A DNA stretch of 64,000 nt from an uncultured Candidatus Saccharibacteria bacterium (lineage in GTDB: Bacteria; Patescibacteriota; Dojkabacteria; SC72): positions 11,359 to 75,358 of the forward strand of contig CAYOME010000003.1 in the NCBI GenBank assembly GCA_964405015.1. Direction: 5' to 3'. The notes under the pieces were generated by a model. That model ran no database searches. It was given only the letters and a program-made list of their open reading frames with translations, and was not told where the DNA came from. Shown one piece after another: positions 19,308 through 27,992 of the stretch (position 1 is its first letter; the number at the start of each line of letters is the position of its first letter). A program made the position numbers and the translations under genes.

Positions 19308-20069
19308 TCCTTTGCTATATGGTATTCCTACTTTGATGGAAAAAATATATTAAACAATAATATATCCAATAATAATTCTGAAATTCTTCAATATACAGAG
19401 CTCGAACTTGTAGATGACTCAGATTTTCTAGTTAAATTCGAGGATCTCCAAACTTTAGATAATAATAAAAAACTCAAATATTACTACATCCAGGATAGTA
19501 ATAATACAGACATAACTCCTCAGAGATTTCCAAGAAACACTGAATATCTTGCACTTTCAATAGTAAATGAAGATCAGATTTCTGGTGAGAATGCATTGCA
19601 GATATTCAATAGCAATAAACAAGACATTATCAATCACAACACAACTGCTCAATGGGTAGAACTTGGATCACCAGAGATATTTCAAGAAATAGAAACTGGA
19701 ACATACACTTTTGTTCAAGAGATTAAAGATATCTCCATACCACAAGCTCAATATGTATTTGCTATAGTAAGCTTAGGTGGTCATGTCTCCCTTATGCCTG
19801 CAGAAGAAGAAGGAGAATTAGTACACTTCTCTGTATATGCATTAATTGATAATAATATTCTACATTACAATCTATCTGGAAGAACTGGAACAATTCTTGA
19901 TATTTCCGACGAAGAGCATATGGGTTGTTTAGAACCATATACTGGAGATCCAGAAAACTATTTCTACAATCCTCAATGCCTTGTAGAAGTAGTTAAAGAT
20001 CCTAAGCACGAGCAAGAAATTAGGAGTAGATTCGAAGAAATGATTAAGGTTTTCGAATTAGAAAAGTAA
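19221..20069 (+). CDS. Surface-anchored hypothetical protein, paralog B (282 aa)
   Basis: Same first 29 aa and same C-terminal ...EIRSRFEEMIKVFELEK as paralog A. Diverged middle region. Confidence 0.5.
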   Translation: MKKDSKTKYQMTKAFKIFLYFLPLLLLIYSFAIWYSYFDGKNILNNNISNNNSEILQYTELELVDDSDFLVKFEDLQTLDNNKKLKYYYIQDSNNTDITPQRFPRNTEYLALSIVNEDQISGENALQIFNSNKQDIINHNTTAQWVELGSPEIFQEIETGTYTFVQEIKDISIPQAQYVFAIVSLGGHVSLMPAEEEGELVHFSVYALIDNNILHYNLSGRTGTILDISDEEHMGCLEPYTGDPENYFYNPQCLVEVVKDPKHEQEIRSRFEEMIKVFELEK

Positions 20070-20134
20070 GAAATATTCTCCCATATCTCATTTCCTTTTA
20101 ATAAAAGGATAAAATAGATATAATATCCCCGTAT

Positions 20135-21961
20135 ATGGTAAATCGTACAGAATTAAACAAAATTAGGAACTTTTCAATAATAGCCCATATTGATCATGGA
20201 AAATCTACATTAGCAGATAGAATGTTAGAAGCTGCGCACATAGATATATCCAGAGATAAGAGAGAATCTAGGGTATTAGACAGATTAGAACTAGAACAAG
20301 AGAAAGGAATAACCATTAAACTACAAGAATGTAGAATGATATGGAAAGATTTTCAACTAAATCTCATAGACACTCCAGGACACGTAGACTTCTCATATGA
20401 AGTCTCAAGGTCTTTAGCTGCATGTGAGGCAGCAATCTTGCTTGTAGACGCATCACAGGGCGTTCAGGCACAAACAATATCGAACACTCAGAAAGCACTA
20501 GAGTTAGGATTAACATTAATACCAGTAATAAACAAAATTGATTTACCAAACGTTGATATAAAAGCAAGAGAACTAGAATTAGAACACCTTTTAGGATTTA
20601 GAAAGGAAGAAATAGTTAAGGTATCTGGTAAAACAGGAGAAGGAGTAGACAAATTGCTAGATGCAATTGTAGAGAAATGTCCCCCACCAGTAGGTAAAAC
20701 AAACTCACCACTAAAATCCCTAATCTTTGATTCCTTCTACGATGAACACAGAGGTGTAGTTGTTGCTGTAAGAATCATAGACGGAGAAATAAAATATATA
20801 CCTGGTAAATCACTAGATTTACATATCTTAAGAAAAAAAGAAATATTTAAACCAACAGAAGTAGGAATATTTACACCAGACTTGAAAGAAACAGAATACC
20901 TAGGAACCGGAGAGGTCGGATATATAGCTACAGGGTTTAAAGATATCAGTTTCTTTACAGTAGGAGACACTATCTCTGATTCAGACAAAACAGAACCACT
21001 AGAAGGGTACAAAACACCAAAACCAAATGTATTTGCAACATTCTTTCCAGTAACACCAGACGACTATGAACCACTCAAGATGGGATTAAGTAAACTAAGT
21101 ATGAATGATGCAGCCCTTACATTCACTGACCAAAGATCAAATATGTTAGGATCTGGATTTAGATGCGGTTTCCTTGGATTGCTACATATGGAAATAATTC
21201 AAGAAAGACTAGAAAGAGAATATGATGTAGATTTGATAATTACAGCACCTACAGTAGAGTATGAAATTGTAAAAAATACTGGAGAAAGAATAAATATACA
21301 AACACCACAAGAATTACCTGACCCTTCAGAGATAGATGAGATATTTGAGCCGTGGGTAAGATTAAAGATAATGACACCCGACAGATACATGGGACCATTA
21401 ATGGAACTTTGCCAATACAAGAGAGGACAATATGTAAATACACATTACCTAAATACTTCGACTACAGATATACAATTAAACGATCAATATATTGAACTAG
21501 AATATGATATTCCCCTAGCCTCTTTAGTATCAAATTTCTTTGATCAATTGAAAAACAAATCTAGTGGATATGCATCTATGGAATATGAATTTATTGATTT
21601 CTTCCCTGTAGATTTAGTAAAGGTTGCAATATTAATCAATCACGAAGAAATCCCTGCATTAAGTTTCTTAGAAACAAGAGAAGGTGCTAGATCAAAAGCA
21701 GCAAAACTACTAGAAGTAATGAAAGAGGAAATACCAAGACAACAATTCCCTATCCCACTTCAAGCCTCTATTGGAGCAAAGATAATTGCAAGAGAGGATG
21801 TAAAAGCATTTAGAAAAGATGTAACAGCAAAGCTCTATGGTGGAGACTATACACGTAGATTAAAACTTCTTGAAAAACAGAAGAAAGGTAAGAAGAGACT
21901 AAAGATGATTGGACAGGTTAATGTCCCTCAAGAAGCATTCCTAAGTATATTAAAGACCTAA
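20135..21961 (+). CDS. lepA: Elongation factor 4 (LepA)
   Basis: NFSIIAHIDHGKSTLADR, DTPGHVDF, NKIDLP GTPase motifs. About 600 aa with a LepA-type C-terminal region. Confidence 0.9.
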   Translation: MVNRTELNKIRNFSIIAHIDHGKSTLADRMLEAAHIDISRDKRESRVLDRLELEQEKGITIKLQECRMIWKDFQLNLIDTPGHVDFSYEVSRSLAACEAAILLVDASQGVQAQTISNTQKALELGLTLIPVINKIDLPNVDIKARELELEHLLGFRKEEIVKVSGKTGEGVDKLLDAIVEKCPPPVGKTNSPLKSLIFDSFYDEHRGVVVAVRIIDGEIKYIPGKSLDLHILRKKEIFKPTEVGIFTPDLKETEYLGTGEVGYIATGFKDISFFTVGDTISDSDKTEPLEGYKTPKPNVFATFFPVTPDDYEPLKMGLSKLSMNDAALTFTDQRSNMLGSGFRCGFLGLLHMEIIQERLEREYDVDLIITAPTVEYEIVKNTGERINIQTPQELPDPSEIDEIFEPWVRLKIMTPDRYMGPLMELCQYKRGQYVNTHYLNTSTTDIQLNDQYIELEYDIPLASLVSNFFDQLKNKSSGYASMEYEFIDFFPVDLVKVAILINHEEIPALSFLETREGARSKAAKLLEVMKEEIPRQQFPIPLQASIGAKIIAREDVKAFRKDVTAKLYGGDYTRRLKLLEKQKKGKKRLKMIGQVNVPQEAFLSILKT

Positions 21962-23037
21962 TGATACAAAAGTTAGTACTTAAAAACTTTAGAAAGTTTA
22001 AGGAAAAGAGTTTTGAATTTGACAAAAATATCTCAATATTTTACGGAAGCAATGCACAGGGTAAAAGCTCTGTACTTGAAGCATTGTATATCGTCAGTAC
22101 AGGCAAATCTCCATGGGCGAGTACAGATGAATATATAAATACACAACAAGAGAAACAGATACATACAAGAATTGAAATATTTAGAGATGACAAAAGCTAT
22201 GTATATTTCAAAGATGAACTTAAGAGACTCTTTAAAATAGATGGGAAGAATGTAAGAAGTAAAACATTCTTTGAAAATACTTCTGCTACAATCTTTAATC
22301 CAGAAAAAATAGAACTACTAATGATATCCTCTTCTCAAAGAAGAGATTTCTTGGATGAGACCATATCTAAATACAACTATGAATACGAATCTACTCTAAA
22401 GAAATTCAGAAGGGTATTAAAACAAAGAAATGCACATTTAAAGAAATTAGCAAAACTCTTCTATGAAAAAGGAGTAATAGCTGTAAATGATCCACAGTTA
22501 AATTTCTGGTCGAAAGAGTTTGTCGAAGTAAGTATTGATATTCTAAGAGAGAGGATATTACTTACTAAAGATCTTTCGAAAGAAGGATATGAAATTAGAT
22601 ACAAGAGTGGTTTTGAAATAGATAGGAGGAAAATATCTAATATACAATATCTTAAAGAGAAGCTTACCGATGATTTAGAAAATAGTAAGAGAAGAGATAT
22701 TGCAACTGGATATACAAATGTAGGACCACATAGAGATGATTGGGAAATATCACTTGGGGTAGATATACGCAAATTCGGTTCGAGAGGTGAAAAGAGATTA
22801 GCAATTGGTATGTTAATATTCCAAACACAAGAGGTAATATATTCACATACAGGATTCTACCCTATTCTTCTTTTGGATGATATCGCATCAGAGTTAGATA
22901 TATACAATACAAAAAAGATCTTTGAGAAGGGATATTTGGACAAACAACAGACCTTTATTACAGTAATTGATAAAGATACCTTACCAAAAGATATCCTAAA
23001 AGATTCTCTCATTGTTCATCTAAATGGTGAGAAATAA
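21961..23037 (+). CDS. recF: DNA replication and repair protein RecF
   Basis: N-terminal Walker A GSNAQGKSSVLEAL, RecF-like length (358 aa) and C-terminal LLLDDIASELD Walker B/D-loop. Confidence 0.75.
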   Translation: MIQKLVLKNFRKFKEKSFEFDKNISIFYGSNAQGKSSVLEALYIVSTGKSPWASTDEYINTQQEKQIHTRIEIFRDDKSYVYFKDELKRLFKIDGKNVRSKTFFENTSATIFNPEKIELLMISSSQRRDFLDETISKYNYEYESTLKKFRRVLKQRNAHLKKLAKLFYEKGVIAVNDPQLNFWSKEFVEVSIDILRERILLTKDLSKEGYEIRYKSGFEIDRRKISNIQYLKEKLTDDLENSKRRDIATGYTNVGPHRDDWEISLGVDIRKFGSRGEKRLAIGMLIFQTQEVIYSHTGFYPILLLDDIASELDIYNTKKIFEKGYLDKQQTFITVIDKDTLPKDILKDSLIVHLNGEK

Positions 23038-23823
23038 CTACTTCAATTTCTTTAATATTTTCTTTTTGTAATCACTAGGAAAAAATTCAATCCTTCCGAC
23101 CTTGTAGTTATGCAATATCCGTCGAATCTCTGGTCTATGCCCAGAGATAATCATAAAGAATACTTGAGATATGTAAGCTAATATATTCAGAATTCTAATA
23201 AAGGAATTTACCTTCTTTACAGAAAGATCCTTCTGTTCGAAATTGCTTTGTTGCACAAAGTAATCATTTTTTAACCAATCATTTCTTTTGTAAATGTATT
23301 TAAGATACCTCTCATTGTATATCGGTATTAAATACATCAACTCATGAAGATTGAATATGTCTGATTCTAGTTGAAGACCTCTTTCCTCTGAAATAAAGTT
23401 GATACAAAGAAGATCTTTTACATTCTCTCCATCATTTTTAGATCGAATGAAATGACTCTTTAAATTTCTTAACTTTAATATCCCTCTGTATATCCATGCA
23501 CAATCATCACGTACGACAATTAATATATCAATATCATCATCTTCTTTAGCAAAACCTGCAGCAATAGAACCAGAGATACCAATAAATTGAACCAAATCAT
23601 TTACTAAGAGATCCTTAATATGCTCCTTTGCTATCTTTAATTTACTAAAGATATATTCCGATTCAATATTTTTTGTACCCTTTTCGAAATACTTTGAGTT
23701 TGATATTTGTACTACTTCTTTACCCCATATTGATTTGGCCTTCTTTAAAGAAAGCTTTAATCCCATATTTGATTTGAATTTGATAAAATCACCTACTATT
23801 TTGTTTAACTCTTTTGGAAACAT
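23038..23823 (-). CDS. Nucleotidyltransferase-fold (Pol-beta superfamily) protein, function unknown
   Basis: GISGSIAAGF...EDDDIDILIVV is the hG[GS]-x9-13-Dh[DE]h minimal NTase signature. About 150-aa C-terminal region without recognisable motif. Confidence 0.45.
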   Translation of the reverse strand: MFPKELNKIVGDFIKFKSNMGLKLSLKKAKSIWGKEVVQISNSKYFEKGTKNIESEYIFSKLKIAKEHIKDLLVNDLVQFIGISGSIAAGFAKEDDDIDILIVVRDDCAWIYRGILKLRNLKSHFIRSKNDGENVKDLLCINFISEERGLQLESDIFNLHELMYLIPIYNERYLKYIYKRNDWLKNDYFVQQSNFEQKDLSVKKVNSFIRILNILAYISQVFFMIISGHRPEIRRILHNYKVGRIEFFPSDYKKKILKKLK

Positions 23824-23908
23824 TACAGGATATGATAGCAGTTACAACATTTTTTAAGAAGTATTCACTCCACTATTACACATAATTCTGGTAAACTATT
23901 CTTGAATA

Positions 23909-24754
23909 ATGAGACAACACCCTATTCCACAAAATGTATTAGATATTGAATTCAAACTCTTTACAAGGTTTACCCTTAAGGAGTTTGCATATTTGGCTTT
24001 AGGTATTGGAACTGGAGGTATATTTCTCTACTTTTCAATTAGAGGGGATATTCCTGGAATAGTTGGTATTCCAATTTTTGCAATACTTTCAGGTATAGGG
24101 AGTTTTTTAGCATTGGTTCCAATAAATGATTTACCTGCAGATAAAGCAATATCAAATTTTTTCGCTGCAATTAATAAACCTACTCAAAGAGTATGGTTAA
24201 ATGAAACATTAAAAGAACAGAGATCTAAACCAGTATTAGCTCCAGAGGATGATGAAAAGAAGGTGGTAATTGGTGGTTCGAAGATGAGTGAAGATCAAAA
24301 AACACAGATATTCGTAGAAAATCCTGGAGATGATATATTAGCTTCATCTGAGGAGGTAAATACAAATATAGAGAATGTGCCTGTTACACAAGAGAAAGCA
24401 ATTGAAAGTAATATTCCGATTTCTGAAGAATATATTACAATCTCTGATGTAAATTTAAATCAGTATCAATTTCCAATTAGGATTGTAGATCAATTACCAG
24501 GGAATATTAACATATGGCTTTGTACAAGAGATAATCAACCACTTTCGAATATAAATACATATTTAAAAGATAGTCAGGGAAAGATATTGTATGCTAACAA
24601 AACTGGTCCTAATGGGTACTTTCTTTCAAATAGAATTTTTCCTGAAGGAGTATATACTGTAGAGTTTGAAGGAGCAGTATCTGGATTACCTAAGATAAAG
24701 ATATTACTTTCTAAAAGTTTTGGTAAATTACCTTTGAAGATATCGATAAAATAA
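23909..24754 (+). CDS. PrgI/VirB3-like type IV secretion membrane protein with C-terminal beta-sandwich extension
   Basis: Two closely spaced TM helices (FAYLALGIGTGGIFLYF / IPIFAILSGIGSFLALVPI) after a short N-terminal segment, as in the PrgI family. Directly upstream of a VirB4 ATPase. Confidence 0.5.
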   Translation: MRQHPIPQNVLDIEFKLFTRFTLKEFAYLALGIGTGGIFLYFSIRGDIPGIVGIPIFAILSGIGSFLALVPINDLPADKAISNFFAAINKPTQRVWLNETLKEQRSKPVLAPEDDEKKVVIGGSKMSEDQKTQIFVENPGDDILASSEEVNTNIENVPVTQEKAIESNIPISEEYITISDVNLNQYQFPIRIVDQLPGNINIWLCTRDNQPLSNINTYLKDSQGKILYANKTGPNGYFLSNRIFPEGVYTVEFEGAVSGLPKIKILLSKSFGKLPLKISIK

Positions 24755-25413
24755 TGGATGTAAATGCAAGAGCAAGAACAACGGCTTCTACTCAAGAACA
24801 TCTCGAAGTAAGAGAGATTATAGATGATTTAGTTGTTACTACTAGTGGTAGTGTAGCTTTGGTTTTACAAACTTCAGCTATTAACTTCGATCTTTTGGCA
24901 GAGTATGAACAGGATAGTAAGATATATGCTTTTGCAGGGCTACTAAACTCTCTTAATTTCCATATACAGATATTAATTAGAACAAGAAGAATAGATATAT
25001 CTAACTACGTTGATTACCTTAAAGCTCAAGAGAATGAGAGTATGTCGGAAGGATTAAAAAAACAGTTACAAATATACACAGAGTTTATACAGAATTTAAT
25101 AGTTCAAAACGATGTATTAGACAAGACTTTTTTAATAGTTGTACCCTTTAATCCAGCAGGTGAGATTCCTACAACAGGGTTACTAAAATCTAAACAAAAC
25201 AGAGAAGAAATAGAGAAGAGTTTACAATTGAAACAGGAACAGCTATTAGAGAAAGCTAAGATATTCTTGTATCCAAAGAGAGATCATATATTAAAGCAAT
25301 TAGGTAGAATGGGACTATTTGGACACCAATTAACTAACAAAGAGTTAATTACAGAATTCTATACAATATATAATCCTGATGAGGAGTTACCAAAGGACGA
25401 AGATGATGAATAA
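24754..25413 (+). CDS. Hypothetical protein in T4SS-like cluster
   Basis: Intact 219-aa ORF with no recognisable motif. Overlaps the VirB4 ORF by 35 nt. Could be an accessory component or an N-terminal fragment. Confidence 0.35.
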   Translation: MDVNARARTTASTQEHLEVREIIDDLVVTTSGSVALVLQTSAINFDLLAEYEQDSKIYAFAGLLNSLNFHIQILIRTRRIDISNYVDYLKAQENESMSEGLKKQLQIYTEFIQNLIVQNDVLDKTFLIVVPFNPAGEIPTTGLLKSKQNREEIEKSLQLKQEQLLEKAKIFLYPKRDHILKQLGRMGLFGHQLTNKELITEFYTIYNPDEELPKDEDDE

Positions 25414-27784
25414 CGGATTTACACAAAACAATATTGAATCTAAAACTATGCAGAAATTAACTGAGAGACAGAATCAGTTTACTCAGAATAAATATGCAGA
25501 TTTTCAAAAAAATCTAAAAGAAGAAATCACAACAACAAGGATAGAAAAATCTTCCATAGATCCAAAAGACAGATTCAACGATACACAAAAAGAAGAGAAG
25601 AAGGTTAATCCATTCTTCAAATTACTTGATAATTTCAAAGCAACTGTAGGTATGAAAGAGAAACCTAAGGCTGCAGTAGCTACTGAAAAACAAGTAGGTA
25701 AATTCTCTGGTATGACTACACAAGATATCATTGCCCCTATTGATATTGAAGTGGATTTTAATACATTACAAATGGGTGATTATTACTCAAGAACATTCTT
25801 TATCAGTGGATATCCAAGATTTGTAGGACCTAACTGGCTCTCCCCTATCATTAACTTTGAACACTCACTTAGAATCAGTACGTTCTACTACCCTGTAGAT
25901 TCAAAGATAATACTCGAGAAGCTCAAAAAGAAGATTGGAGAGATGGAAGCTACACTTTACTCTCAAATGGAAGATAGAAAAGTTGTAGACCCCTCTTTGA
26001 AGGTTGCTCTTTCTGATGCACAACAATTACAAGACTCTATAGCAGAGGGGACAGAAAAGTTCTTCCATTTTACAATGTATGTAACAATATATGCTCCTAC
26101 AAAAGATTTACTAGAGAAATATTCTAGAAATGTAACCTCTACTCTTGCAGCTATGAATGTAGTTGCAAAACCAGCTACACTTCAACAAGAACAAGGCTTT
26201 ATCAGTACACAACCATTAGGATTAGACAAGCTGTACATCACTAGAAATATGGATACTACATCTCTTGCTACAACATTCCCATTTGTTACTTCAGAATTAA
26301 CAATGGATCATGGAATTATGTACGGTATTAATATGCATAACAAGAGTTTAGTAATATTTGATAGGTTTGAATTAGAGAATGCGAATGCTGTTGTATTTGC
26401 AAAATCTGGAGCAGGTAAGAGTTACTTTGTAAAACTAGAAGCAGTAAGAAGCTTAATGTTAGGCACTCATGTGATTATCATTGATCCAGAGAGAGAATAT
26501 GAAGATCTTTCTAAGGCAGTCAATGGTGCATATATATCATTCTCACAAGACAAGGGACACAAGATGAATCCATTTGAACTTTCAGGTGTATCCGAAGAAG
26601 GAGATGATGAGTTAAGAATGAAGTTACTTTCTTTGCAAGGATTCTTTAAGGTTATGTTTGATGGTTTAACCAATGTCGAGACATCAATACTTGATAGAGC
26701 ATTAATATTAACATACAGAGAAAAAGGTATTACATTTGATCCTGCCACACAAAAAAGACCTGCACCTCTTTTAGAAGATCTTTACAAAGTACTAAAGGGT
26801 ATGGCAGAGATAGAGGCACATGACCTTTCAAAGAGGATGGAAAAATACATAATGGGTAGTGCTGCTGGTATTTTCAATGAAGCTAGTAACTTTGAAATTA
26901 ACAATCCGTTTACAGTATTTAGTGTAAGAGATTTACAGGAAGAACTTAAACCTCTAGCAATGTATCTTATGCTTGATTTCATATGGACTAAGATTCGTAA
27001 GGATCAAAGAAGAAGATTACTAATCGTAGATGAGGCATGGTATATGATGCAAAGAGAAGACTCTGCCAAATTTATGTACTCTCTTGCTAAAAGAGCTAGA
27101 AAATATTACTTAGGACTCACAACTATTACTCAAGATGTTGCTGACTTTATGAACAATGATATGGGTAGAGCAATTATATCTAACTCCTCTATCCAAATCC
27201 TTATGAAGCAGAGTCCTTCTGCTGTAGAGAAATTACAACAAGTATTCAATCTCTCTGACGGAGAAAGAAACTTTTTGCTTAACTGTGATAGAGGACAAGG
27301 TTTGTTCTTTGCTGGTGCAAATCATGTAGGTATACATGTACTTTCTAGCCAAGCAGAACATGAATTAATTACCTCTGATCCAAGAGAGTTAGAAGCAAAG
27401 AGAAATACTCAAGGTATGACAGACACAAGAGGTATAAAGGAGCTTGCTCAGATATTTGAATCTCCAGCAATGCAACAACCAATGAGAACATCCAATGGTG
27501 ATAGTAATAGACAGAATGAATTGATAGAGAGGGCAGTAGAAAGAAGACAAGGTGATATTGAAAAGATCAAGAGTGAGAGAGAAATATATCAGGAAGAATT
27601 AGAAAAGAGATTAAGGGAACAAGAAGAGATGCTAAATCCTAAAAAGTTTGAGAGTCAAAAATCTTTTGTAGATATGATAGATGAGAACACTATTCCAGGA
27701 CAAGTAAAAAAACAAAGGGAAGATTTAAATAAAGGGAGAATGCATATTACTCCACAAGGTATAGTAGATAATGACAAACAATAA
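25379..27784 (+). CDS. virB4: VirB4/TrbE/CagE-family type IV secretion ATPase
   Basis: N-terminal VirB4 domain block (IAPIDIEVDFNTLQMGDYYSRTFFISGYPRFV), Walker A VVFAKSGAGKSYFVK, Walker B LLIVDEAWYMM. Disordered about 100-aa N-terminus and coiled-coil C-terminal extension. Confidence 0.8.
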   Translation: MRSYQRTKMMNNGFTQNNIESKTMQKLTERQNQFTQNKYADFQKNLKEEITTTRIEKSSIDPKDRFNDTQKEEKKVNPFFKLLDNFKATVGMKEKPKAAVATEKQVGKFSGMTTQDIIAPIDIEVDFNTLQMGDYYSRTFFISGYPRFVGPNWLSPIINFEHSLRISTFYYPVDSKIILEKLKKKIGEMEATLYSQMEDRKVVDPSLKVALSDAQQLQDSIAEGTEKFFHFTMYVTIYAPTKDLLEKYSRNVTSTLAAMNVVAKPATLQQEQGFISTQPLGLDKLYITRNMDTTSLATTFPFVTSELTMDHGIMYGINMHNKSLVIFDRFELENANAVVFAKSGAGKSYFVKLEAVRSLMLGTHVIIIDPEREYEDLSKAVNGAYISFSQDKGHKMNPFELSGVSEEGDDELRMKLLSLQGFFKVMFDGLTNVETSILDRALILTYREKGITFDPATQKRPAPLLEDLYKVLKGMAEIEAHDLSKRMEKYIMGSAAGIFNEASNFEINNPFTVFSVRDLQEELKPLAMYLMLDFIWTKIRKDQRRRLLIVDEAWYMMQREDSAKFMYSLAKRARKYYLGLTTITQDVADFMNNDMGRAIISNSSIQILMKQSPSAVEKLQQVFNLSDGERNFLLNCDRGQGLFFAGANHVGIHVLSSQAEHELITSDPRELEAKRNTQGMTDTRGIKELAQIFESPAMQQPMRTSNGDSNRQNELIERAVERRQGDIEKIKSEREIYQEELEKRLREQEEMLNPKKFESQKSFVDMIDENTIPGQVKKQREDLNKGRMHITPQGIVDNDKQ

Positions 27785-27992
27785 TAGTGACAATACAAGG
27801 AAATATCTTGTAACAGAAGCTGTAGATATTAAAGCCTTAAGTCAAGAGAAGGTTAGTAATGATTTAAAGATATTAGAGAAGTTTGAAACTAGAAGTAAGA
27901 TACGTACAGATCTTTCAAGAGGAATGAACAATACGAAGCTCTCCAGGGTAATGAAAGCCTTACAATTAACAAACCCATTTAAAGGATATTAA
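27771..27992 (+). CDS. Small hypothetical protein (73 aa) filling the gap between convergent genes
   Basis: The only ORF in a 204-nt gap that lacks an obvious terminator hairpin. No similarity recognised. Confidence 0.2.
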   Translation: MTNNNSDNTRKYLVTEAVDIKALSQEKVSNDLKILEKFETRSKIRTDLSRGMNNTKLSRVMKALQLTNPFKGY

